NCBI GenBank assembly: GCA_963668645.2
Contig: CAXXWC010000008.1
Coordinates: forward strand, 1-64,000
Reading direction: 5' to 3'
Source: Desulfobacterales bacterium
Lineage (GTDB): Bacteria > Desulfobacterota > Desulfobacteria > Desulfobacterales > UBA2174
DNA: 64,000 nt
Under the pieces are notes generated by a model. It was not told the DNA's origin, made no database searches, and saw only the letters and a program-made list of their open reading frames with translations. Both the position numbers and the translations under genes were made by a program. Numbering within the stretch: position 1 is the stretch's first letter; each line of letters opens with the position of its first letter. This document shows, in pieces, positions 34,779 through 43,927 of the stretch.

Positions 34779-36020
34779 TCAGGCGTGCTTTTTAGTCGGC
34801 TCGTACAGCAGAATCGGATCCTCCTTGTGGAGGACCACGTCTTCGCTGATAACGCACTCCTTGACGTTGTCGATGGAGGGCAGATCGTACATGATGTCGA
34901 GCATGCAGGTTTCCAGAATCGCCCGCAGGCCGCGGGCACCGGACTTGCGGTTGACCGCCTCGCGGGCGATGGCCGACAAGGCGCTGTCCGTAAAGCGCAG
35001 GTTGACGCTTTCCATCTCGAAAAGCTTCTGGAACTGCTTGATCAGGGCGTTTTTAGGCTCTTTGAGAATACGAATCAGGCTTTCTTCGCTCAATTCATGC
35101 AGGGTAGCGATCACCGGCAGGCGTCCGAGAAATTCGGGAATCATGCCGTACTTGATCAGGTCCTCGGGTTCCAGCTGGCGCAACAATTCGCCGGTGGATT
35201 GATCGCGGCTTTCCTGGAGCTTGGCGCCGAAGCCCATAACCTTGTCACCGGCCCGCCGCTGGATGATTTTCTCAAGGCCGTTGAAGGTGCCCCCGCAGAT
35301 AAAAAGGATGTTGGAGGTGTCGACTTTGACAAAATCCTGCTGGGGGTGTTTGCGCCCGCCCTTGGGCGGTACGCTGGCGGTCGTCCCCTCGATGATCTTG
35401 AGCAAGGCCTGCTGCACGCCTTCGCCCGAAACATCCCGGGTGATGGATGGATTGTCGCCCCGGCTGGCGATCTTGTCGATTTCATCGATGTAAACGATGC
35501 CCCGTTTGGCCCGCTCCACATCGTAGTCTGCGTTTTGCAGCAGGCTAAGGATGATGTTTTCCACATCTTCACCCACATAGCCCGCCTCGGTAAGACTGGT
35601 GGCATCGGCGATGGTAAAGGGCACGTTGAGAAAGCGGGCCAGGGTTTGAGCCAGCAAAGTCTTGCCGCACCCGGTGGGACCGATGAGCAGGATGTTGCTC
35701 TTTTGAATCTCCACGTCACCGGCGGCTACGTTTGATGTCAGCCGTTTGTAATGATTGTAAACCGCCACGGCCAGGACCCGTTTGGCCGCTTCCTGCTCGA
35801 TGACGTATTCGTCGAGCATCCCTTTGATTTCCTTCGGGATCGGTGTGTGCTCGATGGACCTCGAATCCTGCTCGTTTTCCTCCTCAATGATCTCGCTGCA
35901 AAGCTGGATGCACTCATCGCAGATGTAGACGGCCGGGCCAGCGATCAATTTCTTGACATCCTTCTGGTTTTTGCCGCAGAAAGAACAGAAGAGGTTGTTT
36001 TCGTCGCCTTTCTTGCTCAT
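34779..36020 (-). CDS. clpX: ClpX ATPase
   Basis: CSFCGK zinc finger, GPTGCGKT and [10 protein letters not shown]. Confidence 0.98.
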   Translation of the reverse strand: MSKKGDENNLFCSFCGKNQKDVKKLIAGPAVYICDECIQLCSEIIEEENEQDSRSIEHTPIPKEIKGMLDEYVIEQEAAKRVLAVAVYNHYKRLTSNVAAGDVEIQKSNILLIGPTGCGKTLLAQTLARFLNVPFTIADATSLTEAGYVGEDVENIILSLLQNADYDVERAKRGIVYIDEIDKIASRGDNPSITRDVSGEGVQQALLKIIEGTTASVPPKGGRKHPQQDFVKVDTSNILFICGGTFNGLEKIIQRRAGDKVMGFGAKLQESRDQSTGELLRQLEPEDLIKYGMIPEFLGRLPVIATLHELSEESLIRILKEPKNALIKQFQKLFEMESVNLRFTDSALSAIAREAVNRKSGARGLRAILETCMLDIMYDLPSIDNVKECVISEDVVLHKEDPILLYEPTKKHA

Positions 36021-36637
36021 TTCTCTGTCTCCGTGGCTTCGATCCGGAACAGGTCATCGCGGCTCGCCATTACATGGTCGACGATTCCGTAGGCCTTGGC
36101 TTCTTCACCGGACATGAAAAAATCGCGGTCGGTATCCCTTTGGATCTGATCCAGATCCCGTCCTGTGTGGTGCGACAGGATCTGGTTGAGATTGTCGCGG
36201 ATGCGCAAAATTTCTTTGGCCTGGATCGCAATGTCGGCGGCTTGCCCCTGAGAGCCGCCCAGGGGCTGGTGGATCAGGATGCGTGAGTTGGGCAGGGCGT
36301 AGCGTTTGCCCTTGGCCCCGGCCGACAGCAGTACTGCTCCCATGCTGGCCGCCTGGCCGAGGCAAACCGTGGCGATGTCCGGCTTGATGTACTGCATGGT
36401 ATCGTAGACCGCCAGCCCGGCGGTGACGATCCCTCCCGGTGAATTGATGTAAAAGTTGATATCCTTTTCCGGGTCTTCCGACTCGAGAAAGAGAAGCTGG
36501 GCGATGATCAGGTTGGCCACCTCGTCATTGATGGCCGTGCCCAGAAAGATGATCCGATCTTTGAGCAGGCGCGAATAGATATCATAAGCCCGTTCGCCAC
36601 GACTGCTCTGTTCGATGACCATGGGTATCAGCGGCAC
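36017..36637 (-). CDS. clpP: ClpP protease
   Basis: [26 protein letters not shown] and IHQP. Confidence 0.98.
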   Translation of the reverse strand: MPLIPMVIEQSSRGERAYDIYSRLLKDRIIFLGTAINDEVANLIIAQLLFLESEDPEKDINFYINSPGGIVTAGLAVYDTMQYIKPDIATVCLGQAASMGAVLLSAGAKGKRYALPNSRILIHQPLGGSQGQAADIAIQAKEILRIRDNLNQILSHHTGRDLDQIQRDTDRDFFMSGEEAKAYGIVDHVMASRDDLFRIEATETEK

Positions 36638-36753
36638 GCCGTCCTCCTTACTTTAAGAAATACTGCCGGTATCAGCGGATTGACGGTTGCACCCGCATTC
36701 CGCATTTCCGACGACGCGTGTGATGTTTTGCCGTTAATCTTCGAGTAGGCGCC

Positions 36754-38076
36754 TCATTGCGAGTCCGGAACCGGATCGCTTTGGGGCTCCACGAGTTCGA
36801 TTTGACTGTTGTCCATTATAAGCTTGATGGCTTCTTTTTCAAGTAGAGCGTGCTTGAAGCCGTCGAGCCGTTCGGGATTCTGGCTGTAGTAGGCTTTGAT
36901 TCCCTCCAGGGGTTGATTGTAGGACTGGGCGATTTGCGCCATGCCGGCATCGATGGCTTCATCCGAAAGGTCCAGGCTCTCCTGGCGGATGATCTTGTCC
37001 AGGATCAGGTGGCGGCGTACCTGGTGCTCGGCCGTGGGACGGTACCTTTCCTGGAACCGCTCCCGGGTCAGTCCAACCTGTTCGAAAGTCATGTTTTGGT
37101 AGCTGAAACTGCGTTCGGCATCTTCGATGATGGCGTTGAGTTCGTGTTCCACCAGGGTTTCGGGAAGATCGAAATCGGTCCGCTCGATCAGCGCCTTGAA
37201 GATCTGTTCGTTGAGTTCCTGTTCGGCGCGTTTGGTGTAGCCGGAGGCCAGGTTGCCACGGATCGCCTCTGTGAGCTGAGCCAGGTCCTGATAGGGGCCG
37301 AGCTTCTGGGCCATGGCATCGTCGATGGGCGGCAGCTCTTCGATGCGGATCTCCTTGATGGTCACCTGAAAGAGGATTGATTTGCCGGCCAGCTTGGGAT
37401 TGAAGCAATCACCAGGAAAATCGACATTGATTTCGAGCTGTTCCCCGGCCTTGCGGCCCACCAGCTGGGCATCGAAATCCTTGTGGATGGTGCCGTCACC
37501 CACCTTGACGGTAAAGTCCTCGGTGGGCGCAGCTTCCTGGTAGGGTTTGCCCTGCCAGAAGCCGGCATAGTCCACGATGACGAAATCACCTTCCTGCACC
37601 GGACGGTCTTCCTCAACGGGCTTGCGCGCAGCCAGGTTACGCTGCAGCATGCCCAGCTGGGCCTCGATTTCACCCTCACTGACCTTGTAGTCGGTTTTTT
37701 TCAACGTCAGCCCTTTGAAAGGGATGTCGGCGATCTCGGGCTTGATTTCAAATACCGCATCGAATTTGTATGCGGCATCGGCGGCCAGCTCAGGTGGATC
37801 GACCTTGGGCGTGCCAAGGATCGGCAACTGGCTGTCTTTCAAGGCTTCCAAAAGGGTTTCCTGGATGAGGCGGCCGGCCACATCGGCATGCACCTCTTTT
37901 TTATAGAGACGTTCGATTACGTTGCGCGGGGCCTTGCCCTGACGAAAGCCCTTGATGCGGGCGGTGCGTCGAATCTCGTTGTAGGCCTTGTCCAATTCAC
38001 GGGTCACGTCGGCCGCGGGGATTTCCAGGTGCATTACTTTTTTGACGCTGTTCAGATCTTCAACCGTCACGTTCAT
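36754..38076 (-). CDS. tig: Trigger factor
   Basis: IKGFRQGKAP ribosome-binding motif, FKBP-like domain and canonical tig-clpP-clpX-lon order. Confidence 0.95.
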   Translation of the reverse strand: MNVTVEDLNSVKKVMHLEIPAADVTRELDKAYNEIRRTARIKGFRQGKAPRNVIERLYKKEVHADVAGRLIQETLLEALKDSQLPILGTPKVDPPELAADAAYKFDAVFEIKPEIADIPFKGLTLKKTDYKVSEGEIEAQLGMLQRNLAARKPVEEDRPVQEGDFVIVDYAGFWQGKPYQEAAPTEDFTVKVGDGTIHKDFDAQLVGRKAGEQLEINVDFPGDCFNPKLAGKSILFQVTIKEIRIEELPPIDDAMAQKLGPYQDLAQLTEAIRGNLASGYTKRAEQELNEQIFKALIERTDFDLPETLVEHELNAIIEDAERSFSYQNMTFEQVGLTRERFQERYRPTAEHQVRRHLILDKIIRQESLDLSDEAIDAGMAQIAQSYNQPLEGIKAYYSQNPERLDGFKHALLEKEAIKLIMDNSQIELVEPQSDPVPDSQ

Positions 38077-38123
38077 CGTTTTCCTTTCCAGGACGTCCGC
38101 AGTGGGCGTCCGCCACAAAATGT

Positions 38124-38158
38124 AAGTGCCTGAGGGGTGTAATTCCCTTCAGGCATTT
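38124..38158 (-). terminator. Hairpin between tRNA-Leu and tig
   Basis: TGCCTGAGGGG / CCCTTCAGGCA imperfect inverted repeat. Confidence 0.5.
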
Positions 38159-38173
38159 GAAATAACGTCCAAA

Positions 38174-38260
38174 TGGTGCGAGAGGGGAGACTCGAACTCC
38201 CATTCTGTCGCCAGAGCTGGATCCTAAGTCCAGTGCGTCTACCAGTTCCGCCACTCTCGC
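38174..38260 (-). tRNA. tRNA-Leu(TAG)
   Basis: GCGAGAGTGGCGGAACTGG...CTGGA-CTTAGGA-TCCAG, long variable arm, GTTCGAG...CTCTCGCACCA. Confidence 0.96.
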
Positions 38261-38435
38261 CGTAATTTCTGGGCAAATGCCCAATATCATTAATACTTCA
38301 AAAATATTCAGGCCAAACATAGGACGTTTTCAGGCAATGTGTCAAGGTCTAAGGCGGATCAAATTCGGTGAACTGAATCACAATCCCTTGAAGCACGATT
38401 TCAGGCGTGTTAATGAGGGGACGAAAATTTCGTTT

Positions 38436-38512
38436 CGGGGCGTGGCGCAGCCTGGTAGCGCACCTGCTTTGGGAGCAGGGAGCCGGAGGTTCAAATCCTC
38501 TCGCCCCGACCA
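38436..38512 (+). tRNA. tRNA-Pro(TGG)
   Basis: CGGGGCGTGGCGCAG...CCTGC-TTTGGGA-GCAGG...GTTCAAATCC...CCCCGACCA. Confidence 0.97.
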
Positions 38513-38521
38513 GTGACAGTG

Positions 38522-38552
38522 AAGGGCCGCGGCAAATGCCGCGGCCCTTTTT
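38522..38552 (+). terminator. Rho-independent terminator after tRNA-Pro
   Basis: AAGGGCCGCGGCA / TGCCGCGGCCCTT stem followed by Ts. Confidence 0.88.
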
Positions 38553-38655
38553 CCTTTATCATTCGACCGCGACTCAAGCATCCGCGCCGGAAAATGCCAC
38601 TGCCGCTGTGGCCCTGGGAAGAAAGGCGGTTATTATCCGGCCATGGCTCGGCGTT

Positions 38656-40431
38656 TCAGAAAGGCCAGATCAGCGGGATAAGGACCGTCCCCATGGCCAG
38701 GATGATGAGGTTCAGGGGGATGCCCAGTTTGAGAAAGTCGGAAAAACGGTAGTTGCCCGGGCCGTAAACCAGCAGGTTGGTTTGGTAGCCGATGGGAGTG
38801 GCAAAGCAGGCGCTGGCGCCAAAACAGACGGCAATGATAAAGGGCTTGGGATCGACGCCGAGGCCGGCGGCGGTGGAGACCGCGATGGGTAGCAAAAGCG
38901 CGGCCGTTGCGTTGTTGCTCAAGATCTGGGTGGAAATGCTGGTCAGCAAAAGAAAGCCCCCCAGGATCGCCGTGGGCCCCATGCCGCTAAATAGCTCCAA
39001 AAACAGCTCGGCGTAGAGCCGGCTGGCGCCGCTTTTTTCCATGGCCGTGCCCAGGGCGATGGCACCGGCGATGAGAATCAAGACATCGGCCTGCATGGCG
39101 CGGTAGGCATCGCGAAGCTGGATACAGCCGGACCGGATCATCAGAAAAACGGCGGCCATGGCGCAGACCATGATGTCTGCCAGCCCCGTGGTGGCCGCGA
39201 CCACCAGGCCGAGAAAAATCAGACCGGCCCACAGGGCTTTGGACTTGTGGATAATTTCGTGGTGCACGTCCTCGACCACGATGACTTCACCTCCGCCACG
39301 CATTTCTTCCAGACACCCCTGCGGGCAGCGCACCAGCAGGATATCGCCGGTTTTCAGTCTTACGTCGCGCATATTTTGCTCGGTGTAGTGCAACCGGCTG
39401 CGGCGAATGGCGATCACATGCAGCCCGGGCTCCTTGAACAGGCGTGACTCCACCAGCCGCTGGCCCTGCAGCGAGGATCCGGGAGGGATGATCAGCTCTA
39501 CGATCAGCGTTTCCCTGGCTGTGCGTTCGGGATCGAAGATCCCCTGCTGCGTGGGAGGCAGTTCCACCCCGTTTTCGTGCAAGACTGCCACCAGGTCGTT
39601 GGCCGAGGCTTTGACCAGCAAAAGATCGTCGGCGGCAAGAACCACCGGATCCCGGCCGGGAACGAATACATGCGAGTAGCGGACCAGCTCCACCACTTCC
39701 AGGCTGGCAAAGCGTTCGGCAAAGGCGGCCCCGGGGGCCAGTCCCACCAGGGGGCTGCCGCGCGGGATGCTCAGCTCAGCGAGGTATCGCCGGTGCGGGG
39801 CATCGTGTTCGCAGACCACGCTTGCCAGGTTGGGCATCAGGCGAGGCGTGGCCAGATAGATAAAGGTCAGGCCCACCACGGCGATGGGCACCCCGAGGCG
39901 GGCCAATTCGAACATCCCCAGGGGGCCGAAGCCGTAAGCGGCGCTCAGGTCCGAAACGATGATATTGGTCGAGGTGCCGATCAGGGTGCAGGTGCCGGCC
40001 AGGATCGAGGCGTAGCTGAGGGGAATCAGGTAACGCGACGGGCTTTGGCCGAACTCGCAGCCCAAGGACATGACCACCGGGATGAAGAGCACCACTACCG
40101 GGGTGTTGTTGATAAAGGCTGAGGCCAACGCTGCAATGCCCAGCACCAGCAGGAAAGCCCGCCTTTCGCTGCCCCGGGCCCAATGGATCACCCGCGCACC
40201 GATGAACCCCACCGCCCCGGTGCGTATCATGGCCTGGCTGACGATGAACATCGCCCCGATAGTGATCACCGCCGGATTGGCAAACCCGGCGGCCGCCTCG
40301 GCCGGGGAAAGAACACCGCAGAGGGCCAGCGCCACCATGATCCCGATGGCCGTCAGGTCCACCGGAAGCCTCTCGGTGATCAGCAGCACCAGGGTGGCCA
40401 GCAGGATGAGGGTGACGATGGTGACGGTCAT
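38656..40431 (-). CDS. SLC13/DASS-family permease with TrkA-C domains
   Basis: SAFINNTPVV, GTSTN, two IPxGS TrkA-C repeats, SNNATA and TPIGYQTN. Confidence 0.92.
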   Translation of the reverse strand: MTVTIVTLILLATLVLLITERLPVDLTAIGIMVALALCGVLSPAEAAAGFANPAVITIGAMFIVSQAMIRTGAVGFIGARVIHWARGSERRAFLLVLGIAALASAFINNTPVVVLFIPVVMSLGCEFGQSPSRYLIPLSYASILAGTCTLIGTSTNIIVSDLSAAYGFGPLGMFELARLGVPIAVVGLTFIYLATPRLMPNLASVVCEHDAPHRRYLAELSIPRGSPLVGLAPGAAFAERFASLEVVELVRYSHVFVPGRDPVVLAADDLLLVKASANDLVAVLHENGVELPPTQQGIFDPERTARETLIVELIIPPGSSLQGQRLVESRLFKEPGLHVIAIRRSRLHYTEQNMRDVRLKTGDILLVRCPQGCLEEMRGGGEVIVVEDVHHEIIHKSKALWAGLIFLGLVVAATTGLADIMVCAMAAVFLMIRSGCIQLRDAYRAMQADVLILIAGAIALGTAMEKSGASRLYAELFLELFSGMGPTAILGGFLLLTSISTQILSNNATAALLLPIAVSTAAGLGVDPKPFIIAVCFGASACFATPIGYQTNLLVYGPGNYRFSDFLKLGIPLNLIILAMGTVLIPLIWPF

Positions 40432-40536
40432 GGCAGGCTCAAGGAAGGTTGTGGCACTCGAAAAAGCTCGGGCAAGGACTTTGTATCCGCCAGGCCGGTC
40501 TGGCAGGTGCGGTTCGGTTTCCGTCTTGGGATCCGC

Positions 40537-41646
40537 TCAAATCCAGACGAGTTTGTATTGCCGCGAACCGAGCTTCATTTTTTCAGCATAGGCCAATTGA
40601 TGGGTCCAGTCCACCTCGGGGTAGACCCCGCGAAATTTGTCCTGCCCGGGGCCTTGGTTGATCTTGAGGGCCGATGTGGGCAGGGCCGTTTCGGCATTGA
40701 TCAGGTCCACGGCGGCCTGGTCGATGGCCACCGGGTCGGTGGACGCCAGGATGCCGATGTCGCGTACGATGGGGGCGTCGTTGAATGGCAGGCAATCGCA
40801 GCCGGGCGAGACGCTGGTGACAAAGTTGATGAAAAAGGCTTTTTTGCGCTTGTTTTGCAGTACCCCGGCAGTATATTCGACCATGTTTTCCATGAAAACC
40901 GGAACACTTTGATTCCAGGCGATCTGAATAGCCCCGTTGGGGCAGATCAGGATGCACTCGCCGCAGCCGATACAGCGGCTGTCGTCCATGAGCGCCTTTT
41001 TTCCCGCCAGGGACAGGGCGCGCCGGCTGCAGTGGGCCACGCACTCGCCGCAACCCACACATCTTTTTTTCTTGATCGTCGGGTGCACGGTGGAATGCTG
41101 GGCCAGCTTGCCGCGCCTTGAAGCGCAACCCATACCCAAATTCTTGATCGTTTCGCCGAATCCGGCCAGTTCGTGCCCCTTGACGTGCGCCACCGAGATC
41201 AGGGCGTCGGATTCGACGATTTCAACGCCGATGAAAACCTCTTCGAATCGCCGGCCTTTTATGCGCACCGCACACTCGCTGCGGCCCCGCAGTCCGTCGG
41301 CGATGATCAAAGGGGCGTCCACCACCGCAAAGTCAAATCCGTTACGGATGGCGGTCATCAAGTGGTGGGGCGAATCGCCCCGGGTGCCGGCATAGAGGGT
41401 GTTGGCGTCGGTGAGAAACGGCTCGCCGCCGGCGCTCCGGACCGCATCGACGATGCGGCGTAAAAATACCGGCCGGATAAAGGCCACGTTGCCCGTTTCA
41501 CCGAAGTGCAACTTGACGGCCACCAGATCCCGGCGATCAATGGTTCTGGCCATCCCGGCCCGTTCCATCAGCCGGCCGAGTTTCTGGAGCAGATTTTCCT
41601 TCCATGCGGCCGAAAGATCCATTCCATAAACAGTGCTGGTTTTCAT
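40537..41646 (-). CDS. DUF362 domain protein with inserted 2x[4Fe-4S] ferredoxin
   Basis: VAVKLHFGE, TDANTLY, KNLGMGC, two CxxCxxCxxxC motifs and ASTDPVAID. Confidence 0.88.
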   Translation of the reverse strand: MKTSTVYGMDLSAAWKENLLQKLGRLMERAGMARTIDRRDLVAVKLHFGETGNVAFIRPVFLRRIVDAVRSAGGEPFLTDANTLYAGTRGDSPHHLMTAIRNGFDFAVVDAPLIIADGLRGRSECAVRIKGRRFEEVFIGVEIVESDALISVAHVKGHELAGFGETIKNLGMGCASRRGKLAQHSTVHPTIKKKRCVGCGECVAHCSRRALSLAGKKALMDDSRCIGCGECILICPNGAIQIAWNQSVPVFMENMVEYTAGVLQNKRKKAFFINFVTSVSPGCDCLPFNDAPIVRDIGILASTDPVAIDQAAVDLINAETALPTSALKINQGPGQDKFRGVYPEVDWTHQLAYAEKMKLGSRQYKLVWI

Positions 41647-41758
41647 GCGGGGATTTCCTTTCTCCTGGCGATATTTTTCGCCGCCATCAGGCAAACGGCG
41701 CGCAACTCCAACGCGGCGGTCCAACGGCGTCGAGCCTTGGTCGAATCGATATCGGTTT

Positions 41759-41886
41759 GAGAAGGGAGGGGGGAGGCTGCCGCGGAATGTTCCCAACCGG
41801 TGGGCACATCCCGCGACAGTCTCGAGGGAAGGAGGAGAGGATATAGAAATTCGGAATGATGGCGTTGATTGCGCTTCCGAATTGCC
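41759..41886 (-). ncRNA. Candidate sigma54-dependent structured small RNA or leader RNA
   Basis: Starts about 12 nt downstream of a consensus sigma54 promoter; two hairpins and two CU-rich tracts (see findings). Confidence 0.5.
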
Positions 41887-41895
41887 AAGTTGTAT

Positions 41896-41913
41896 AAGCA
41901 ATTGAAATGCCAA
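41896..41913 (-). promoter_or_regulatory. Sigma54 (-24/-12) promoter
   Basis: TTGGCATTTCAATTGCTT matches TGGCAY-N5-TTGCW; AT-rich region upstream. Confidence 0.82.
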
Positions 41914-42094
41914 GTGTCTGGATTATTTTGTAAGATTTGCGTAACATATAGAAAAATTTAATAATAAAATATTTTTGAGCCGCTTGCAGGGCTTGTCAAC
42001 GTTCGCGAAGTCCGTGCCATGAAGTATCAAGACATGTCTCAAGCCGTTCAAAATGTGTCAACCGTTTATGACAGTGTGTCAAAAAGTGGACGTT

Positions 42095-42928
42095 TCATTG
42101 TGACAGCAGATGCGCCGCATTGCCCCCCAGAACGGCTTCCTGCTCGGCGGCCGTGAGCCCCGAAGCGGCCAAGTCCTTGCGGTAGCGGGGTGCACGCAGG
42201 AGGGGAAAATCGGTGCCGAAAAGGATCCTTTCCACGCCCACCGTTTCTCGGGCCACGCGCCAGATCCGCTCGTCATAGAGAAAAGGGGATGCCGCGGTAT
42301 CGAACCAGACGTTGGCCAGACGCTGGCGCACCTCCTTTTTGAGCAGATTGTAGAAAAAGATTCCCCCGCCCCAGTGGGCCAGTACGATCCGGTTTTGGGG
42401 AAAGCGCCCCACCATGTCGTAAATTTGGCGCAGGGTGTTGGGGGTTTTGCCCGGATAGACATGACCCACCGGTTCGTTGGTGTGAATCAGGACCAGCTTG
42501 TTCTGGCACAGATCCATCAGCGGGGCCAGGCGGTCCAGGTCGGCAGCCTCGATCCCGCCCGTGTAAAAAGCCAACTCCCCCATGCCCGCCATGCCGGCCG
42601 CCAGGCAGCGCTCGACTTCGGCCGCAGCCCCGGGAGCGGCCGGATCGAGGCAGCAAAGTCCCACCAAACGGTCCGGATAGCGGCCCACCGCCTCAAGAAT
42701 ATAATCGTTGTTGGCTCTGGCGGTCTCCAACCGCCGCCAGGGAAAACCGAAGACCACGGCCCGGTCGACCCCGTCTTCGTCCAGGGCTGAGATAAGCGCC
42801 GCGGCGCCGACAAGACGCGATTTGGGCGGTTCGTAAAGCAGCCGGAAGGCCGGTTCACCCTGGAAATAAGACTCGCGGGACTCGCGGATGGCCCGCGGGA
42901 ACAGATGCGCATGGAAGTCGATGATCAT
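42095..42928 (-). CDS. Amidohydrolase family protein (Amidohydro_2-like)
   Basis: IIDFHAH, GEL, LIHTNEP, LAHWGGG and ILFGTDFP. Confidence 0.88.
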   Translation of the reverse strand: MIIDFHAHLFPRAIRESRESYFQGEPAFRLLYEPPKSRLVGAAALISALDEDGVDRAVVFGFPWRRLETARANNDYILEAVGRYPDRLVGLCCLDPAAPGAAAEVERCLAAGMAGMGELAFYTGGIEAADLDRLAPLMDLCQNKLVLIHTNEPVGHVYPGKTPNTLRQIYDMVGRFPQNRIVLAHWGGGIFFYNLLKKEVRQRLANVWFDTAASPFLYDERIWRVARETVGVERILFGTDFPLLRAPRYRKDLAASGLTAAEQEAVLGGNAAHLLSQ

Positions 42929-42973
42929 GGGGAGTGTCCTTTGGTCTGGTTTGCCCTGGTGAATCGCTATCCG

Positions 42974-43210
42974 TCAATCGTGGTGCAGGTTGTGAGCGCG
43001 CAACGTTTCACATCCACCGCTCCAGCGTTCGGCAATTTCGATCACTTGGCGCCGCAGTTCGCCATGCTGCCGGCGGCAAGCTTCAGGGATTTCGCCGCGC
43101 AGTTGGCGGCTGGTGTTTTCCACCAGTTGGATCATTTCAGTGGCCACCACGGCATTGATTTGGATCAGGTCGCGCACCGCGGCCAGCAATTGGGTCTGGG
43201 GATCTTCCAT
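42974..43210 (-). CDS. Small hypothetical protein
   Basis: Strong RBS AAGGAGG before MEDPQTQ; helical, with two Cys and a His-rich end. Confidence 0.7.
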   Translation of the reverse strand: MEDPQTQLLAAVRDLIQINAVVATEMIQLVENTSRQLRGEIPEACRRQHGELRRQVIEIAERWSGGCETLRAHNLHHD

Positions 43211-43304
43211 TTTTTCCTCCTTGCACACCAACGATGTTATTGACCCGCACTATTGTTGATATACTATACCAAAATGGGTTTCAACCGCTCGAAAGGAGAC
43301 AATT

Positions 43305-43856
43305 ATGACCCTATTCGATAAAGCCGGACGCGAAAACACCGAAAAGACTCTCCAACTGGCCTATGCCCGGGCCTGCGAACTTGGCCTCAAGGAGATCGTG
43401 GTGGCCACCTCCAAGGGGGGCACCGCAGCCAAGGCGCTGGAGATTTGCCAGGGATTCAAAGTGGTGGCCGTAACCTACCATGCCGGATTCAGGGAGCCCT
43501 TCCAGGCGGTAATGCCCCTCCAGGTGCGCCGGGACCTGGAGGCTCGGGGCGCCGTGGTGGTCGGCGGTTGCCACGCTCTGTCAGGGATTGAGCGTTCGGT
43601 GGCGGGCAAGTTCGGCGGGATCTATCCGGCCCTTCTTATCGCCGAGGCTCTGCGCCTCTTCGGTCAGGGGGTCAAAGTGGCGGTGGAGATCGCGGTCATG
43701 GCCGCCGATGCCGGAGTGCTGTCCGGGGCCGATATCGTCTCGGTGGGCGGCACGGGCCGGGGTGCGGATGCGTCCCTGGTGCTTGCCCCGGCCCACCAGA
43801 ACAACTTCTTCGACCTCAAGGTGCGCGAGGTGATTTGCAAGCCCCGGGATTTTTGA
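43305..43856 (+). CDS. Stand-alone pyruvate kinase C-terminal-like protein (COG1751 type)
   Basis: ENTEKTL, IVVATSKG, HALSGIERS, GQGVKVAVEI..MAADAG and EVICKP. Confidence 0.85.
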   Translation: MTLFDKAGRENTEKTLQLAYARACELGLKEIVVATSKGGTAAKALEICQGFKVVAVTYHAGFREPFQAVMPLQVRRDLEARGAVVVGGCHALSGIERSVAGKFGGIYPALLIAEALRLFGQGVKVAVEIAVMAADAGVLSGADIVSVGGTGRGADASLVLAPAHQNNFFDLKVREVICKPRDF

Positions 43857-43859
43857 CCG

Positions 43860-43892
43860 CCATGGATGGATAACACGCTCCGGCATCCATGG
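43860..43892. terminator. Hairpin between convergent genes
   Basis: CCATGGATG / CATCCATGG inverted repeat. Confidence 0.4.
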
Positions 43893-43927
43893 ATACGGCC
43901 AACGGCCTGGGCAATGGGGCCGCTTTT

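Noticed and set aside
41647..41913. 89-aa N-terminal extension of the DUF362 ORF, and a 13-aa + strand peptide (MMALIALPNCQVV) after AAGGAGG
   Set aside because: The extension begins inside the sigma54 promoter and a good RBS precedes 41646. The peptide's SD-to-ATG spacing is too long.
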